NCBI GenBank assembly: GCA_048937485.1
Contig: JBHLND010000001.1
Location: forward strand, 1 to 57,059
Direction: 5' to 3'
Length of the DNA: 57,059 bases
DNA from: Promethearchaeota archaeon
GTDB taxonomy: Archaea; Asgardarchaeota; Thorarchaeia; Thorarchaeales; Thorarchaeaceae
This document shows positions 44,179 through 53,323 of the stretch, piece by piece. Made by a program: the position numbers and the translations under genes. Numbering within the stretch: position 1 is the first letter of the stretch; every line of letters starts with the position of its first letter. The notes beneath the pieces were generated by a model. It made no database searches. It saw nothing but the letters and a program-made list of their open reading frames with translations, and was not told the DNA's origin.

Positions 44179-46215
44179 ATGCTGAGTGCTGAGCTAATGG
44201 ACGATGAAAGTGTGTTCATCATAGGATTCGATATTTTACCTTCACATAGTCCAAGGTCAAAAACAAGTCCAAAGTTTGCTTGTGTCATAATGAGAGAAGG
44301 AGTCATCCTTAACGAGTATGAAGAAATCTCGCGCAATGGGCTTCTCAAACTCGTTCGAGAAATCCGTCCAAAGTGGCTTAGCACGGACAATGTTTTCGAA
44401 ATAGTACCTGACAGCAAGACTCTCTTCCGATTAGTTGATAAAATTCCTCCTGAAACCAGAATTGTTCAGGTTACAGGCGTACCTCCACACCAAATCTCAC
44501 TCAAACGACTTGCAAAGCGTTATGGATTAGTTGCTCGAGGCAAGATTCTGCCTCTAGAAGCTGCTCGATTGGCCGCCCACTTAACGTCGCAAGGCGTTGG
44601 TCATAGTCTGGAATGCTTTGGTGAACAGACAGAGATCAAGGTCAGTAGAGGCCGAAAGCCTGGTCGGGGTGGACAGAGTGCCAATAGATTCAGACGCAAA
44701 GTCCACTCACAGATACAGCAGATGACACGTTTCATTGAATCGCAGGTAAAGGATGCAGGAATTGATTATGACATTGACATAAGAGAGTCTGACTTTGGCT
44801 ACTCAAGTGCTCGTATTGTCGCATATGCACCTCTTCCTACTATTCGTGAACTCGTTGAACCCAAACGCGGTGGAGACTTCAACATAATCATCTCGCCAGT
44901 GAGAAAACGAGTTGAATTCCTCCCTCTAGAACCCAAACCTATCTCCGTTCAACTACGTCCAAAATACTTCATTCTGGGAATTGACCCTGGCTCAACCGCG
45001 GCAATATGCCTGCTGTCACTAGACGGCAAAGCACGTTTCCTATTAAGCGGGAAATCGCTAACCAGGGAAGACATCATACGACAAGTGTATGAACGCGGCA
45101 TCCCGGTCATGATTGCTACGGATGTAAATCCAGTACCTCACTTCGTGAAGAAAATTGCAAGCACGGTTAATGCTGAACTCTTTGTTCCAAAGAGAGAGAT
45201 CTCAGTAGCTGAAAAACAAGAGATTGCCCGCGAGTTCTCAGACGGTATCCGCGTCCGAAATGCTCACGAACGCGACGCGTTAACAGCAGCCGTGTATGCG
45301 TATCGAGATCTTCTTCCCAAACTACAGCAGATTGACAAGAAGGTAAGAGATGAGCAGCTTGTAATAGACAGGAACCACCTGAAAGCCCTAGTCATAAAAG
45401 GAATGCCAGTTAGTGAGGCCATTTCGAGCCTTCTCTATAAAGAATCTGAAGAAGTTGACGTTCAACCCGAGCCGCCCTCAGCTGAGGAACCTCTCACACA
45501 AGAACGTTACGATTCGCTTAGAGCAAAGTATGAGGAATTGGAATCCGAGAATCTAGTCCTTAACGAGAAACTTGAGGACCAAGAACGCTTCATCGAGTAT
45601 CTGAGATTCCGTGAGAGTGAACTTGATCGGAGCTTAGAGATCATCAGCAAGGAGAATTATTGGAAAATCAAGCGGGATCGAGAATTATCAAAGAAGGAAA
45701 CGGAAATCAAACATGTAAAAATGGAGTCAGAAACTCTTCGCAAGCAATTGCGAAAGATGCAGAAACGTTTGGAGTTGCTAAAGGGAGTAAAGCGTCTTGA
45801 GATGCGAGGAGATATGCTTGCCGTAAAGGTAATACCACACTTCACTAGAGAGAGTATCGAAGAGTGTAATCAAAAGGTCCGTCTGAAACCCGGTGACATA
45901 GTTCTTTTTGAAGACGCAAGTGGTGGAGGTCCACAAACTGCAGGTATCCTGATTGAGCATGAAATTCGAGCGGTTATTGCAGATTCGCCATTATCTCACT
46001 TATCTGAAGACGAACTTGTGAAAGCCGTCATTCCAGTTATTGCAGCTGAGGAAGTTGAACTGCAGAGAGTTGATGAGTTTGCGTTCATTAGTAGAAAGAA
46101 GTTTGAGCAACAGCTGCAGAGCTTCATGTCTTTGGTCAAGGAACGGGCACGACAGAAGGGAGAAGAAGATCTGATTGAACTCGTTGAACGCTATCGTCGT
46201 GAGATAGAACGCTGA
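44179..46215 (+). CDS. COG2433/DUF460-like protein (predicted RNase-H-fold nuclease with a C-terminal coiled coil)
   Basis: IIGFDILP... and ILGIDPGSTAAICLLSLDG (RuvC/YqgF-like), followed by a long charged coiled coil. The ORF opens at 43930, but family-typical starts are ATG 44179 or 44197. Confidence 0.65.
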   Translation: MLSAELMDDESVFIIGFDILPSHSPRSKTSPKFACVIMREGVILNEYEEISRNGLLKLVREIRPKWLSTDNVFEIVPDSKTLFRLVDKIPPETRIVQVTGVPPHQISLKRLAKRYGLVARGKILPLEAARLAAHLTSQGVGHSLECFGEQTEIKVSRGRKPGRGGQSANRFRRKVHSQIQQMTRFIESQVKDAGIDYDIDIRESDFGYSSARIVAYAPLPTIRELVEPKRGGDFNIIISPVRKRVEFLPLEPKPISVQLRPKYFILGIDPGSTAAICLLSLDGKARFLLSGKSLTREDIIRQVYERGIPVMIATDVNPVPHFVKKIASTVNAELFVPKREISVAEKQEIAREFSDGIRVRNAHERDALTAAVYAYRDLLPKLQQIDKKVRDEQLVIDRNHLKALVIKGMPVSEAISSLLYKESEEVDVQPEPPSAEEPLTQERYDSLRAKYEELESENLVLNEKLEDQERFIEYLRFRESELDRSLEIISKENYWKIKRDRELSKKETEIKHVKMESETLRKQLRKMQKRLELLKGVKRLEMRGDMLAVKVIPHFTRESIEECNQKVRLKPGDIVLFEDASGGGPQTAGILIEHEIRAVIADSPLSHLSEDELVKAVIPVIAAEEVELQRVDEFAFISRKKFEQQLQSFMSLVKERARQKGEEDLIELVERYRREIER

Positions 46216-46220
46216 TACCA

Positions 46221-46448
46221 CTATTCAGGTATCTGTATCCAGAGAATGTTATTTCCTCGCAGAAGAAGCTGGCCATATTTGGCTCTAATCTCGTCTTTCT
46301 CCAGCTCTTCGGCGTCGCTCAATGTGAGGTTCATGTACATATCACATCGTGTCAAACGGCCACGAAAGATTCTCTGGTCCTTTAATTTGATAGAAATCAC
46401 GTCATTAAGAACTGATTCAAGAGCCTTGATTGGCATATTCTGAGACAT
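46221..46448 (-). CDS. Sm-like archaeal protein (SmAP/LSm)
   Basis: Sm1 (VISIKLKDQRIFRGRLTRCDMYMNLTL) and Sm2 (LLLRGNNILWI) motifs. Start taken at ATG 46448. Confidence 0.8.
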   Translation of the reverse strand: MSQNMPIKALESVLNDVISIKLKDQRIFRGRLTRCDMYMNLTLSDAEELEKDEIRAKYGQLLLRGNNILWIQIPE

Positions 46449-46642
46449 GTCCACTTCCTCAGCTGAAGGGCCGGCTGTGAACATTATAAAGCCTTTGCTG
46501 GAAACATCCGAAACCACGTTGAAGGAAGTCATGCATCTGACTGCATATTCACAGCCCCAATAGTCAATATTCATCGCCTATCTGGAGCCTTTATCAGATA
46601 GAGCGGCATTTTCATCATTAGCTGTCCCAAGGAGATCGAATA

Positions 46643-47608
46643 ATGCAGCCTAGCATCAACAAGAACGCTCTCGCTATTTTTAATGAAATCATTGACCTAA
46701 GAGAGGACCTAGGATGCAAAGTGAATGAGCTGGAGAATGGGACCACTGTGATTGATGCTGGAGCTAATGCTTTGGGGTGCATGGAGCTCGGACGGCTAAT
46801 TGGTGAGCTATGCATGGGGGGTCTGGGAGCAGTCAGATTGGGCTACACACACCTTAATGAAATGACACTGCCCGCAGTCATTGTAGGCGCTGATGACCCC
46901 TCCATATCTATTCTAGGATCACAGTATTCTGACTGGAATATCAAAGTCGGTGAATTCTCTGCTATAGGTTCCGGACCCGCCAGAGCACTAGCATTTGCTG
47001 GAAGTAAAATCTATACAGAGATAGACTACCAGGATAATTCAAGCGTTGGTGTTGTAGTTCTTGAAACAAGAACACTACCTTCGGAGAACGTGACAAATCA
47101 CATTGCAGATAAATGCAGCATTTCCACTTCTGACCTTTATTGCATAGTAGTCCCAACTGCAAGTGCAGCTGGGACCGTACAGATATCTGCCAGAATCATA
47201 GAAACTGCTATCTTCAGGCTCTACAGGCTTGGCCTGAGTCCAGACAAGATAAGGACGGCTCATGGTACAGCTCCAATTGCTCCCCTGGTCGAAAAGGATG
47301 ACCTGGCCATGGGACGGAACAACGATTGTATTCATTATGGGGGAAGAGCTCATTTCATCATTCGAAGTGGTCAAGATGACGACATAGCCTCAATGGTTGA
47401 TTTGGTTCCTTTCTCCTCCTCTCCGTACTATTGCAAGTCATTCTATGATCTTCTCAAGGCTTCAAAGTTTGAATTCTACATGATAGATTCAGATATCTTC
47501 AGACCTGCAGAAGTAACCATTAACGATATTGAAAAGATTGAGGTGCATAAGGCGGGCAAAATGAGCCCCCAAAAACTCGAAGAGTTGCTTAGAGGCACTA
47601 ATGACTAG
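46643..47608 (+). CDS. mch: Methenyltetrahydromethanopterin cyclohydrolase
   Basis: N-terminal NKNALAIFNEIID...ELENGTTVIDAG...GELCMGGLG is collinear with Mch; about 320 aa. Confidence 0.8.
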   Translation: MQPSINKNALAIFNEIIDLREDLGCKVNELENGTTVIDAGANALGCMELGRLIGELCMGGLGAVRLGYTHLNEMTLPAVIVGADDPSISILGSQYSDWNIKVGEFSAIGSGPARALAFAGSKIYTEIDYQDNSSVGVVVLETRTLPSENVTNHIADKCSISTSDLYCIVVPTASAAGTVQISARIIETAIFRLYRLGLSPDKIRTAHGTAPIAPLVEKDDLAMGRNNDCIHYGGRAHFIIRSGQDDDIASMVDLVPFSSSPYYCKSFYDLLKASKFEFYMIDSDIFRPAEVTINDIEKIEVHKAGKMSPQKLEELLRGTND

Positions 47609-47625
47609 CGTAGACCGGATAAATA

Positions 47626-47651
47626 GGGGCAGCTCCCCACTCCCAAGTGGG
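47626..47651. terminator. Overlapping GC hairpins in a 59-nt convergent intergenic spacer
   Basis: GGGG-cagct-CCCC (47626-47638) and CCCACT-ccca-AGTGGG (47636-47651), between mch and the membrane-protein gene. Confidence 0.3.
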
Positions 47652-47667
47652 AAGCTTGCCGTTCATT

Positions 47668-48342
47668 TTACCCAGTCACATAGACTGTTTCTGACGACAT
47701 TAGGACCTCTTTGGATTGAAACCACGGATTAATCAGTGCAAGTGTATAAGCTGTAATGCTTAGAACCGTAATGACATCAGCAATCCATGACAGGCCAACA
47801 GCAGCCCACACGATTTGACCAATCTGACTTACTATTGCCAGAAGTGATCCAAGAAGAACAAGTTCGCTTCTTACTTCCTTTAAACGCCCAGTCTTCCAAG
47901 TTATTGCAAACGTGATTATCACGCCGATAATAACAATCAAAATCCAAGTTGTCTGGTAGGTCTGTATTAAGGCTTGACTTGCTGCAAATAGGGACATGCC
48001 TATGGTTACAACTGTGAGAACTCCCCATAGTCGCATATGCCACTTTTCACCGCTTGGCCACATGATTCGCAGAAGGACAAGTGTCCAAGGCAAAAATATC
48101 CAAGCGATTACAAGAGACCTGACTCTGAATATCTCTAATGTTGCAGGCAGAAGTCCCACCATCTGACTTGACTTAATGAACTGACTAACCGCACTTGCAA
48201 CAAATACTATGCCAAACATCAAAGGTAAGTCAAATGGCAGACGAGTTTTCTGATTGTACCACTTGTGTATCAAATATGTAGCCACAATCATTGACACTAT
48301 GGTCGATACGGCTGACGAAACGAATACTACTTCAGATTGCAT
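47668..48342 (-). CDS. Polytopic membrane protein (7-8 TM), function unknown
   Basis: 224-aa ORF, almost entirely hydrophobic helices. It overlaps the CPBP protease gene by 11 nt. Confidence 0.6.
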   Translation of the reverse strand: MQSEVVFVSSAVSTIVSMIVATYLIHKWYNQKTRLPFDLPLMFGIVFVASAVSQFIKSSQMVGLLPATLEIFRVRSLVIAWIFLPWTLVLLRIMWPSGEKWHMRLWGVLTVVTIGMSLFAASQALIQTYQTTWILIVIIGVIITFAITWKTGRLKEVRSELVLLGSLLAIVSQIGQIVWAAVGLSWIADVITVLSITAYTLALINPWFQSKEVLMSSETVYVTG

Positions 48343-49285
48343 TATGACTCTCTCTCCTAAGTATAGATTTTAGATGCCTTACAAAGGCATTCCACTTTGC
48401 GTTGACAATCTCAACTCTGAGTTTCCATGAGAAGATGATTAAGCCAACATACCCGGCTAGGAAGAACAGAATCGTTATTCCTAATATAGCTGGATTCGCA
48501 TAGACATAGTCAGGACCTGGAACTAGCGGCTCGGGACCAAACTTGAAATGCTCATTGAAGAAGTCCATGAATGTGTGTGAAATTATTGGAGCCACTAAAG
48601 TACGGCGACTTGAGAATTTCTCGTAATACACCCCATACATTGTAGCAAATATGGCTGAGAACACCACCATGGAAACAGCCTGTCCAACTGAAAACAGGCT
48701 GTCTATTCCATTCATGATTGGCCAGATTGCATGCCACACCCCGAAAAAGATGCCTGAGATTACTATGCCACCAACGACTCCGATTTTCATTCTGATACTA
48801 TTCTGCAGTATTCCCCTGAAGAGAACTTCTTCAAGAAAACCATTTGTAACAAAGAAAATCAACGAGTACCACAGTAGCTCTATACTGACTATTCTGAAGT
48901 CAAGGGAATACGAGGAATCAAAGAAAGTTGCATAGACTACAAGGGGTATTACATCTAACAACATATGCCATGTTGCAAATATGCCCAATCCGAGGACTAT
49001 CTGCGTCTTGAAATAATTGTCCTTGGCCAGCCCCAGAACTGTCCCAACTTCCTTTCTCCGATACTTCCAGAAGACTCCAACAATAATGAGGAGCGGGAAA
49101 ATCTTGGAGGGCATGATGTTTAGCCAGGTATCTCCTAGACGAAGAGCAACTACATCAACGAGTCGCCATACTATTGCGACTGTGAACAGAATCCCCGCTA
49201 GGGTTAGCAGATTGATCCTTGAAAGCCAATGTTGAGGTACTGATTCCTCAATCTCTGGCCTTTCAGCTAATTCAACGATTGTCAT
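48332..49285 (-). CDS. CPBP (CAAX/Abi) family intramembrane glutamic protease
   Basis: FLEEVLFRG (EExxxR), FGVWH and HTFMDFFN motifs in a polytopic membrane protein. Confidence 0.8.
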   Translation of the reverse strand: MTIVELAERPEIEESVPQHWLSRINLLTLAGILFTVAIVWRLVDVVALRLGDTWLNIMPSKIFPLLIIVGVFWKYRRKEVGTVLGLAKDNYFKTQIVLGLGIFATWHMLLDVIPLVVYATFFDSSYSLDFRIVSIELLWYSLIFFVTNGFLEEVLFRGILQNSIRMKIGVVGGIVISGIFFGVWHAIWPIMNGIDSLFSVGQAVSMVVFSAIFATMYGVYYEKFSSRRTLVAPIISHTFMDFFNEHFKFGPEPLVPGPDYVYANPAILGITILFFLAGYVGLIIFSWKLRVEIVNAKWNAFVRHLKSILRRESHNAI

Positions 49286-49441
49286 GAAAAATCATCCTTT
49301 GTGAATTGTATGAACCATTTGTGAGTCAATATATTCCGATTTAAGGACCGAAAAAAACGAAAACGCAGACCCTAGTTATTCTCAAGCATATCTACTCCGG
49401 TTTCTTTATCAAAAGCATATTCACACCCAAAACTGATAGTC

Positions 49442-49720
49442 ATGAGAGTCACTGTTAGGCTCAGAGGTCCAATTGCAGCCCGCATCGAATCCCCTAACTA
49501 TGTAATCGAAATTGAGGAGAATTCAACCATAGGTGAAGTGCTACAGCTTCTTCTACACAATCATGATGAAATTAGAGAACTTTGGAATAGTCCAGAATTA
49601 ATTGATCGTGATGCCTTGATACTACTTAATGAAGTTGACACTGCATTGACAGGCGGCCTGCAATCAAAGATTGTTGAGGGAGACCAAGTAGTTATCCTGC
49701 CTCTAGTCCACGGTGGCTAA
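49442..49720 (+). CDS. MoaD/ThiS-family ubiquitin-like protein (SAMP-like) ending in Gly-Gly
   Basis: 92 aa with a beta-grasp-like pattern and C-terminus LVHGG followed by the stop codon. Confidence 0.75.
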   Translation: MRVTVRLRGPIAARIESPNYVIEIEENSTIGEVLQLLLHNHDEIRELWNSPELIDRDALILLNEVDTALTGGLQSKIVEGDQVVILPLVHGG

Positions 49721-50205
49721 ACAAGATTTGCGCCAGCTCTCACTGCATCAATATCAATCTGAAGTGCGCTTGACTTAATCATATCCTTAAGCGATTGTTC
49801 CAGTGCTTCCAATGGAAACACCTTGGACTTTTCAACAAGTGCACCTAACATCACCATATTGGACACAAGCCGCAATCCTAAACTGTCTGCTGTTCTCATG
49901 GCGGGTATCTCGACTATCTCATAATCAGCCATCTTCCCAGCATCTACGAGATCTGGGTCTATCAATAATACACTTCCTTTCTTAGCTCCGCCAAGATACA
50001 TCTCAAAAGCCTTCTGTGACATCAGTATGCTGTAATCCGCCTCACGCACCTTGGGATAACGTATGGGCTCATCACTCAGAATGACTTCACTCTTTGCCGC
50101 CGTTCCTCTTGCTTCTGATCCATAGCTCTGAGTCTGTACTGCATCAAGACCTGCATGTGTTACGGCAGCATAACCAAGCAAAACTCCTGCTAGAACAACC
50201 CCCAT
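49717..50205 (-). CDS. korC: 2-oxoacid:ferredoxin oxidoreductase gamma subunit (N-terminus probably extends upstream of the first ATG)
   Basis: VQTQSYGSEARGTAAKSEV is typical of the gamma subunit. The conserved RIAGTGG segment lies in frame at 50206-50247, upstream of ATG 50205. Confidence 0.8.
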   Translation of the reverse strand: MGVVLAGVLLGYAAVTHAGLDAVQTQSYGSEARGTAAKSEVILSDEPIRYPKVREADYSILMSQKAFEMYLGGAKKGSVLLIDPDLVDAGKMADYEIVEIPAMRTADSLGLRLVSNMVMLGALVEKSKVFPLEALEQSLKDMIKSSALQIDIDAVRAGANLV

Positions 50206-50247
50206 GCCACCAGTTCCAGCAATACGAACCTCTATTCTCAGAATTGT

Positions 50248-51042
50248 TCACTCTCCAAGGTGCGAAAAAGTATCTCTCAAGGATTCAGAGAAGGAAGTTT
50301 CGTTCCTGTCTACAAAGATACCCAAGTCAATACCATCATGCGTTGGGATCTTGTAGTCAACAGGATCACCCTTTTTCCTTACAGGAAGCCTCTTGAACCA
50401 TGCTAGCATCTCCTTTGCATCTCCAGCCTGGGCTCTTCGACCATAGGCAGTTGGACATTGGCTCAGCATCTCAATGAAAGTGAACCCTTTTCTCTGAAGG
50501 GCCGTTTTCATTGCACGAGACGCCTGAAGGGGGTGTCCAGTTGTCCATCTTGCCACATAGTTTGCACCTGCAGCTGCCACCAGACGAGAGATATCAAATG
50601 GACGCTCCGGATTTCCATAAGGAGTAGTAGCAGTCTTATCTCCTGTGAAGGTGGTGGGTCCTACCTGTCCACCTGTCATTCCGTAGATATAATTGTTCGA
50701 ACATATGACTGTCATGTCTATGTTGCGCCGAGCTGCATGGATTAGATGGTTTCCACCAATAGCTGCGAGGTCTCCATCTCCACTTATCACAACAACCTTC
50801 AGCTCTGGTCTTGCTAGTTTAAGGCCCGTTGCAAAGGCAATTGCTCTTCCGTGAGTAGTATGAAGTGTATCCGCTCGAAAATGCGGTGAAACAATCCACG
50901 CACCACACCCAATTCCTGAAACAAAGGCAAACTCACTCAAGTCTTCATGTCCAAGGTCTTTTACTGCTTTTAGGAATGCTGAGGCTGTTGCACCGTTGCC
51001 GCATCCTGGACAAGTGAACCATGGTAACGTTTCATCTCTCAA
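50248..51042 (-). CDS. korB: 2-oxoacid:ferredoxin oxidoreductase beta subunit (TPP-binding)
   Basis: CPGCG near the N-terminus and the TPP motif ISGDGDLAAIGGNH...NNYIYGMTGGQ. TTG start at 51042. Confidence 0.85.
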   Translation of the reverse strand: MRDETLPWFTCPGCGNGATASAFLKAVKDLGHEDLSEFAFVSGIGCGAWIVSPHFRADTLHTTHGRAIAFATGLKLARPELKVVVISGDGDLAAIGGNHLIHAARRNIDMTVICSNNYIYGMTGGQVGPTTFTGDKTATTPYGNPERPFDISRLVAAAGANYVARWTTGHPLQASRAMKTALQRKGFTFIEMLSQCPTAYGRRAQAGDAKEMLAWFKRLPVRKKGDPVDYKIPTHDGIDLGIFVDRNETSFSESLRDTFSHLGE

Positions 51043-51228
51043 GTATTGCCTTGCAAAGTGAACTGTGGCCTCTGTCAGTCTAGTTGCCTCCTAAACAAGT
51101 CGGATTGATGGTCCTGATGTTAATATGTGATTGCCAGGCGGCAAGCACAATGCTCTGTCAGGTCACACTGCTGGAGCATCACTTTTAAAACAACATCGTT
51201 GAAGCCAGCATTTGATTTTACCAAGTAA

Positions 51229-51672
51229 ATGGTGATAGTTATGTCAGATGTTGCAGCAATGAGAGCTTTCAATCGAGAGCTTGGTTCTGTCGTTGGAGCA
51301 ACCGTGGAGGTTGTGACAAAGACTAGCGAGAAGTACAAAGGCACTCTGAAGGGAATCGACCAGACTACCCTTAGCATAGTTCTCTCAGATGTACTAGATG
51401 CGGATGGTAATCCCATTCCGAGAATGTTCATTTATGGAAGTGGTATAGTATCCTTTTCTGTTACTGAGAAGGATATCACGCTCGAGGGACTCGTTAAGGA
51501 GCTCGAAAAGACATTTCCGCCAGGTGGGGTACAGTACTTCCCAGATACCCAGCTGATTTTGGTCATGAATAAGATTCGTATCACCCCCGAGGGTGTTGAT
51601 GGCACAGGTCCACTCTATGAACGTGTAGCCGCCATTGCAGACGAATGGTTCAAAGAACATGGCCTTGATTAA
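51229..51672 (+). CDS. Sm-like (LSm) domain protein with an extra C-terminal domain
   Basis: Sm1-like ATVEVVTKTSEKYKGTLKGIDQTTLSIVL and Sm2-like RMFIYGSGIVSF, followed by a further ~70-aa domain. Confidence 0.55.
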   Translation: MVIVMSDVAAMRAFNRELGSVVGATVEVVTKTSEKYKGTLKGIDQTTLSIVLSDVLDADGNPIPRMFIYGSGIVSFSVTEKDITLEGLVKELEKTFPPGGVQYFPDTQLILVMNKIRITPEGVDGTGPLYERVAAIADEWFKEHGLD

Positions 51673-51756
51673 TCGCTAAATATGATGCAATAAACTGGTC
51701 CGCGACTCGATTAGCTAAGCTAGATTACATCAGGCATACTGCTGCAACTGACATCA

Positions 51757-53019
51757 CTAGAGTATTCTTTTGAGTCCAAGCTCCTCCAAATCCAACTCGC
51801 TTGTATCAGGTAGCTTCCGTTCTGCAAGTTTTCTTTCAAGTGGCTTCAGACGTTCTTCCCAGCTCCTCCCAGATGAGAAGGGAGGAAGTTTTCCAAATCC
51901 TCGTGCTTTCGTTGAAACCGATCTTGCTGCAGTGGAACTGACATGGGAAGCAAGAATCCCTAACTCGGAAAGCCTACTAGTCCTAGTCTTTTGTATTGCC
52001 TCCTCCTTAGAACGTGGAAGGAGTTGAGGGCTCTTCACGCCAGTAAGAATCAGCATGACTCTGAGGATTCCGCTCAGTCTGGGGTCCACACGAGCTCCCC
52101 ATATGACATTAGCATCAGAGCTCATTTTCTGCGATACGAGCTCACCCACTTCATTTGCTTCTGCAAGTGACATATCAGGTCCTCCAGTGATGTGTATAAG
52201 CGCTCCAGTGGCCCCGCTCCACTCGACTTCCAATAAGGGGCTGTTTAATGCGTTCCTAATTGCCTCATTAGCCCGGTCATTGCCGGAGGCTTCCCCAAGT
52301 CCTACCAATGCCACTCCGCCATTACAAATGATCGAACGAACATCTGCATAATCCAAGTTGATGAGGCTTGGCATAGTAATAGTTTCAGTAATTCCTTTCA
52401 CCATGTTTGCCAGAACCTCGTCTGCAACTCCAAAAGCCTCCTCCAAGGGAAGATCTGGAACGAGTTCCATCAGCTTTTGATTATCTATAACCACTGCTGT
52501 ATCTACGTTTTCCTGCAATCGAGCAAGACCTGCATTCGCCTTATCAAGTCGAGTTCGTTCGAGATCAAATGGCATTGTTACAACGCCTACAACAATCGCA
52601 TTATTGCGTTTGGCAATCTCAGCAACAATGGGCGCACTACCAGTACCTGTACCACCTCCCAATCCAGCAGCAATGAAAACCAAATCTGCATCACGGAGCA
52701 ACTCCGTAAGTTGGTCGGTTGACTCTTCTGCAGCAGCTTGACCCACAGGAGGATACCCTCCTGCACCAAGACCTCGAGTTATTCTCTCTCCAATCAATAG
52801 TTTCCTGTGGGCAGTAGTGACAGCCAAATGCTGCCTATCTGTGTTGATTGCAATACATTCTGCACCCTGTACTCCTATAGTCATCAGACGCTTGACTGTA
52901 TTGTTGCCAGCTCCTCCACAACCTACCACAACGATACGTGCTTGTCCCATATCACGAGTGGCTAATGTATTCCTTTCGGCACGAATGTGATCCCTTGCGT
53001 CATCGATAAGGCTTCTCAT
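51757..53019 (-). CDS. ftsZ: Cell division protein FtsZ
   Basis: GCGGAGNN and the tubulin signature GLGGGTGTGSAP, with a long C-terminal linker ending in LDLEELGLKRIL. Confidence 0.95.
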   Translation of the reverse strand: MRSLIDDARDHIRAERNTLATRDMGQARIVVVGCGGAGNNTVKRLMTIGVQGAECIAINTDRQHLAVTTAHRKLLIGERITRGLGAGGYPPVGQAAAEESTDQLTELLRDADLVFIAAGLGGGTGTGSAPIVAEIAKRNNAIVVGVVTMPFDLERTRLDKANAGLARLQENVDTAVVIDNQKLMELVPDLPLEEAFGVADEVLANMVKGITETITMPSLINLDYADVRSIICNGGVALVGLGEASGNDRANEAIRNALNSPLLEVEWSGATGALIHITGGPDMSLAEANEVGELVSQKMSSDANVIWGARVDPRLSGILRVMLILTGVKSPQLLPRSKEEAIQKTRTSRLSELGILASHVSSTAARSVSTKARGFGKLPPFSSGRSWEERLKPLERKLAERKLPDTSELDLEELGLKRIL

Positions 53020-53198
53020 TGGCCTACTACCTCACTTATTCTTTCGGTTCGAAGGTTCTGTTCCCAAAGCTCCCGTTTCAGTAGGTCTCGAATCGCAATA
53101 CGAATCGTTTCCGAGCGATTGGGATAGAGACCCCGATTCACCAGGCGCTGTATGTCCTCGATTATCTTTTCGGGTAGGTGTACAGCAATGAGACGCAT
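53016..53198 (-). CDS. Ribbon-helix-helix (CopG-like) protein translationally coupled to ftsZ
   Basis: 60 aa. MRLIAVHLPEKIIEDIQRLV...RSETIRIAIRDLL shows a beta-strand/helix/helix pattern. Its stop codon overlaps the ftsZ ATG as ATGA. Confidence 0.7.
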   Translation of the reverse strand: MRLIAVHLPEKIIEDIQRLVNRGLYPNRSETIRIAIRDLLKRELWEQNLRTERISEVVGQ

Positions 53199-53299
53199 AT
53201 GTAGTCCTCCAGAATGAGGACCAATTACAGGGATATGACTTTGTGTAATACCTACACATAGTTCTAGACATGGAATTCCAAGTAGAAAGAAGAGAGAGA

Positions 53300-53319
53300 G
53301 AAGGGGGTGATTCCCCTTC
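53300..53319 (-). terminator. Hairpin plus pyrimidine-rich tract just after the uL2 gene
   Basis: GAAGGGG-gtgatt-CCCCTTC lies 5 nt downstream of the rpl2 stop codon. On the transcribed strand it is followed by CTCTCTCTCTTCTTTCT. Confidence 0.35.
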
Positions 53320-53323
53320 AGCT

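Noticed and set aside
47668-48342. Possible microbial rhodopsin (about 220 aa, about 7 TM)
   Set aside because: The last transmembrane helices contain no lysine that could bind retinal, and no rhodopsin-like motifs were seen.
50248-50250. In-frame TGA between korB and korC as a selenocysteine codon
   Set aside because: The TGA falls exactly at the boundary of two normally separate subunits. No SECIS-like evidence could be established by eye, and TGA terminates other genes here. It is reported only as a start-site or read-through puzzle.
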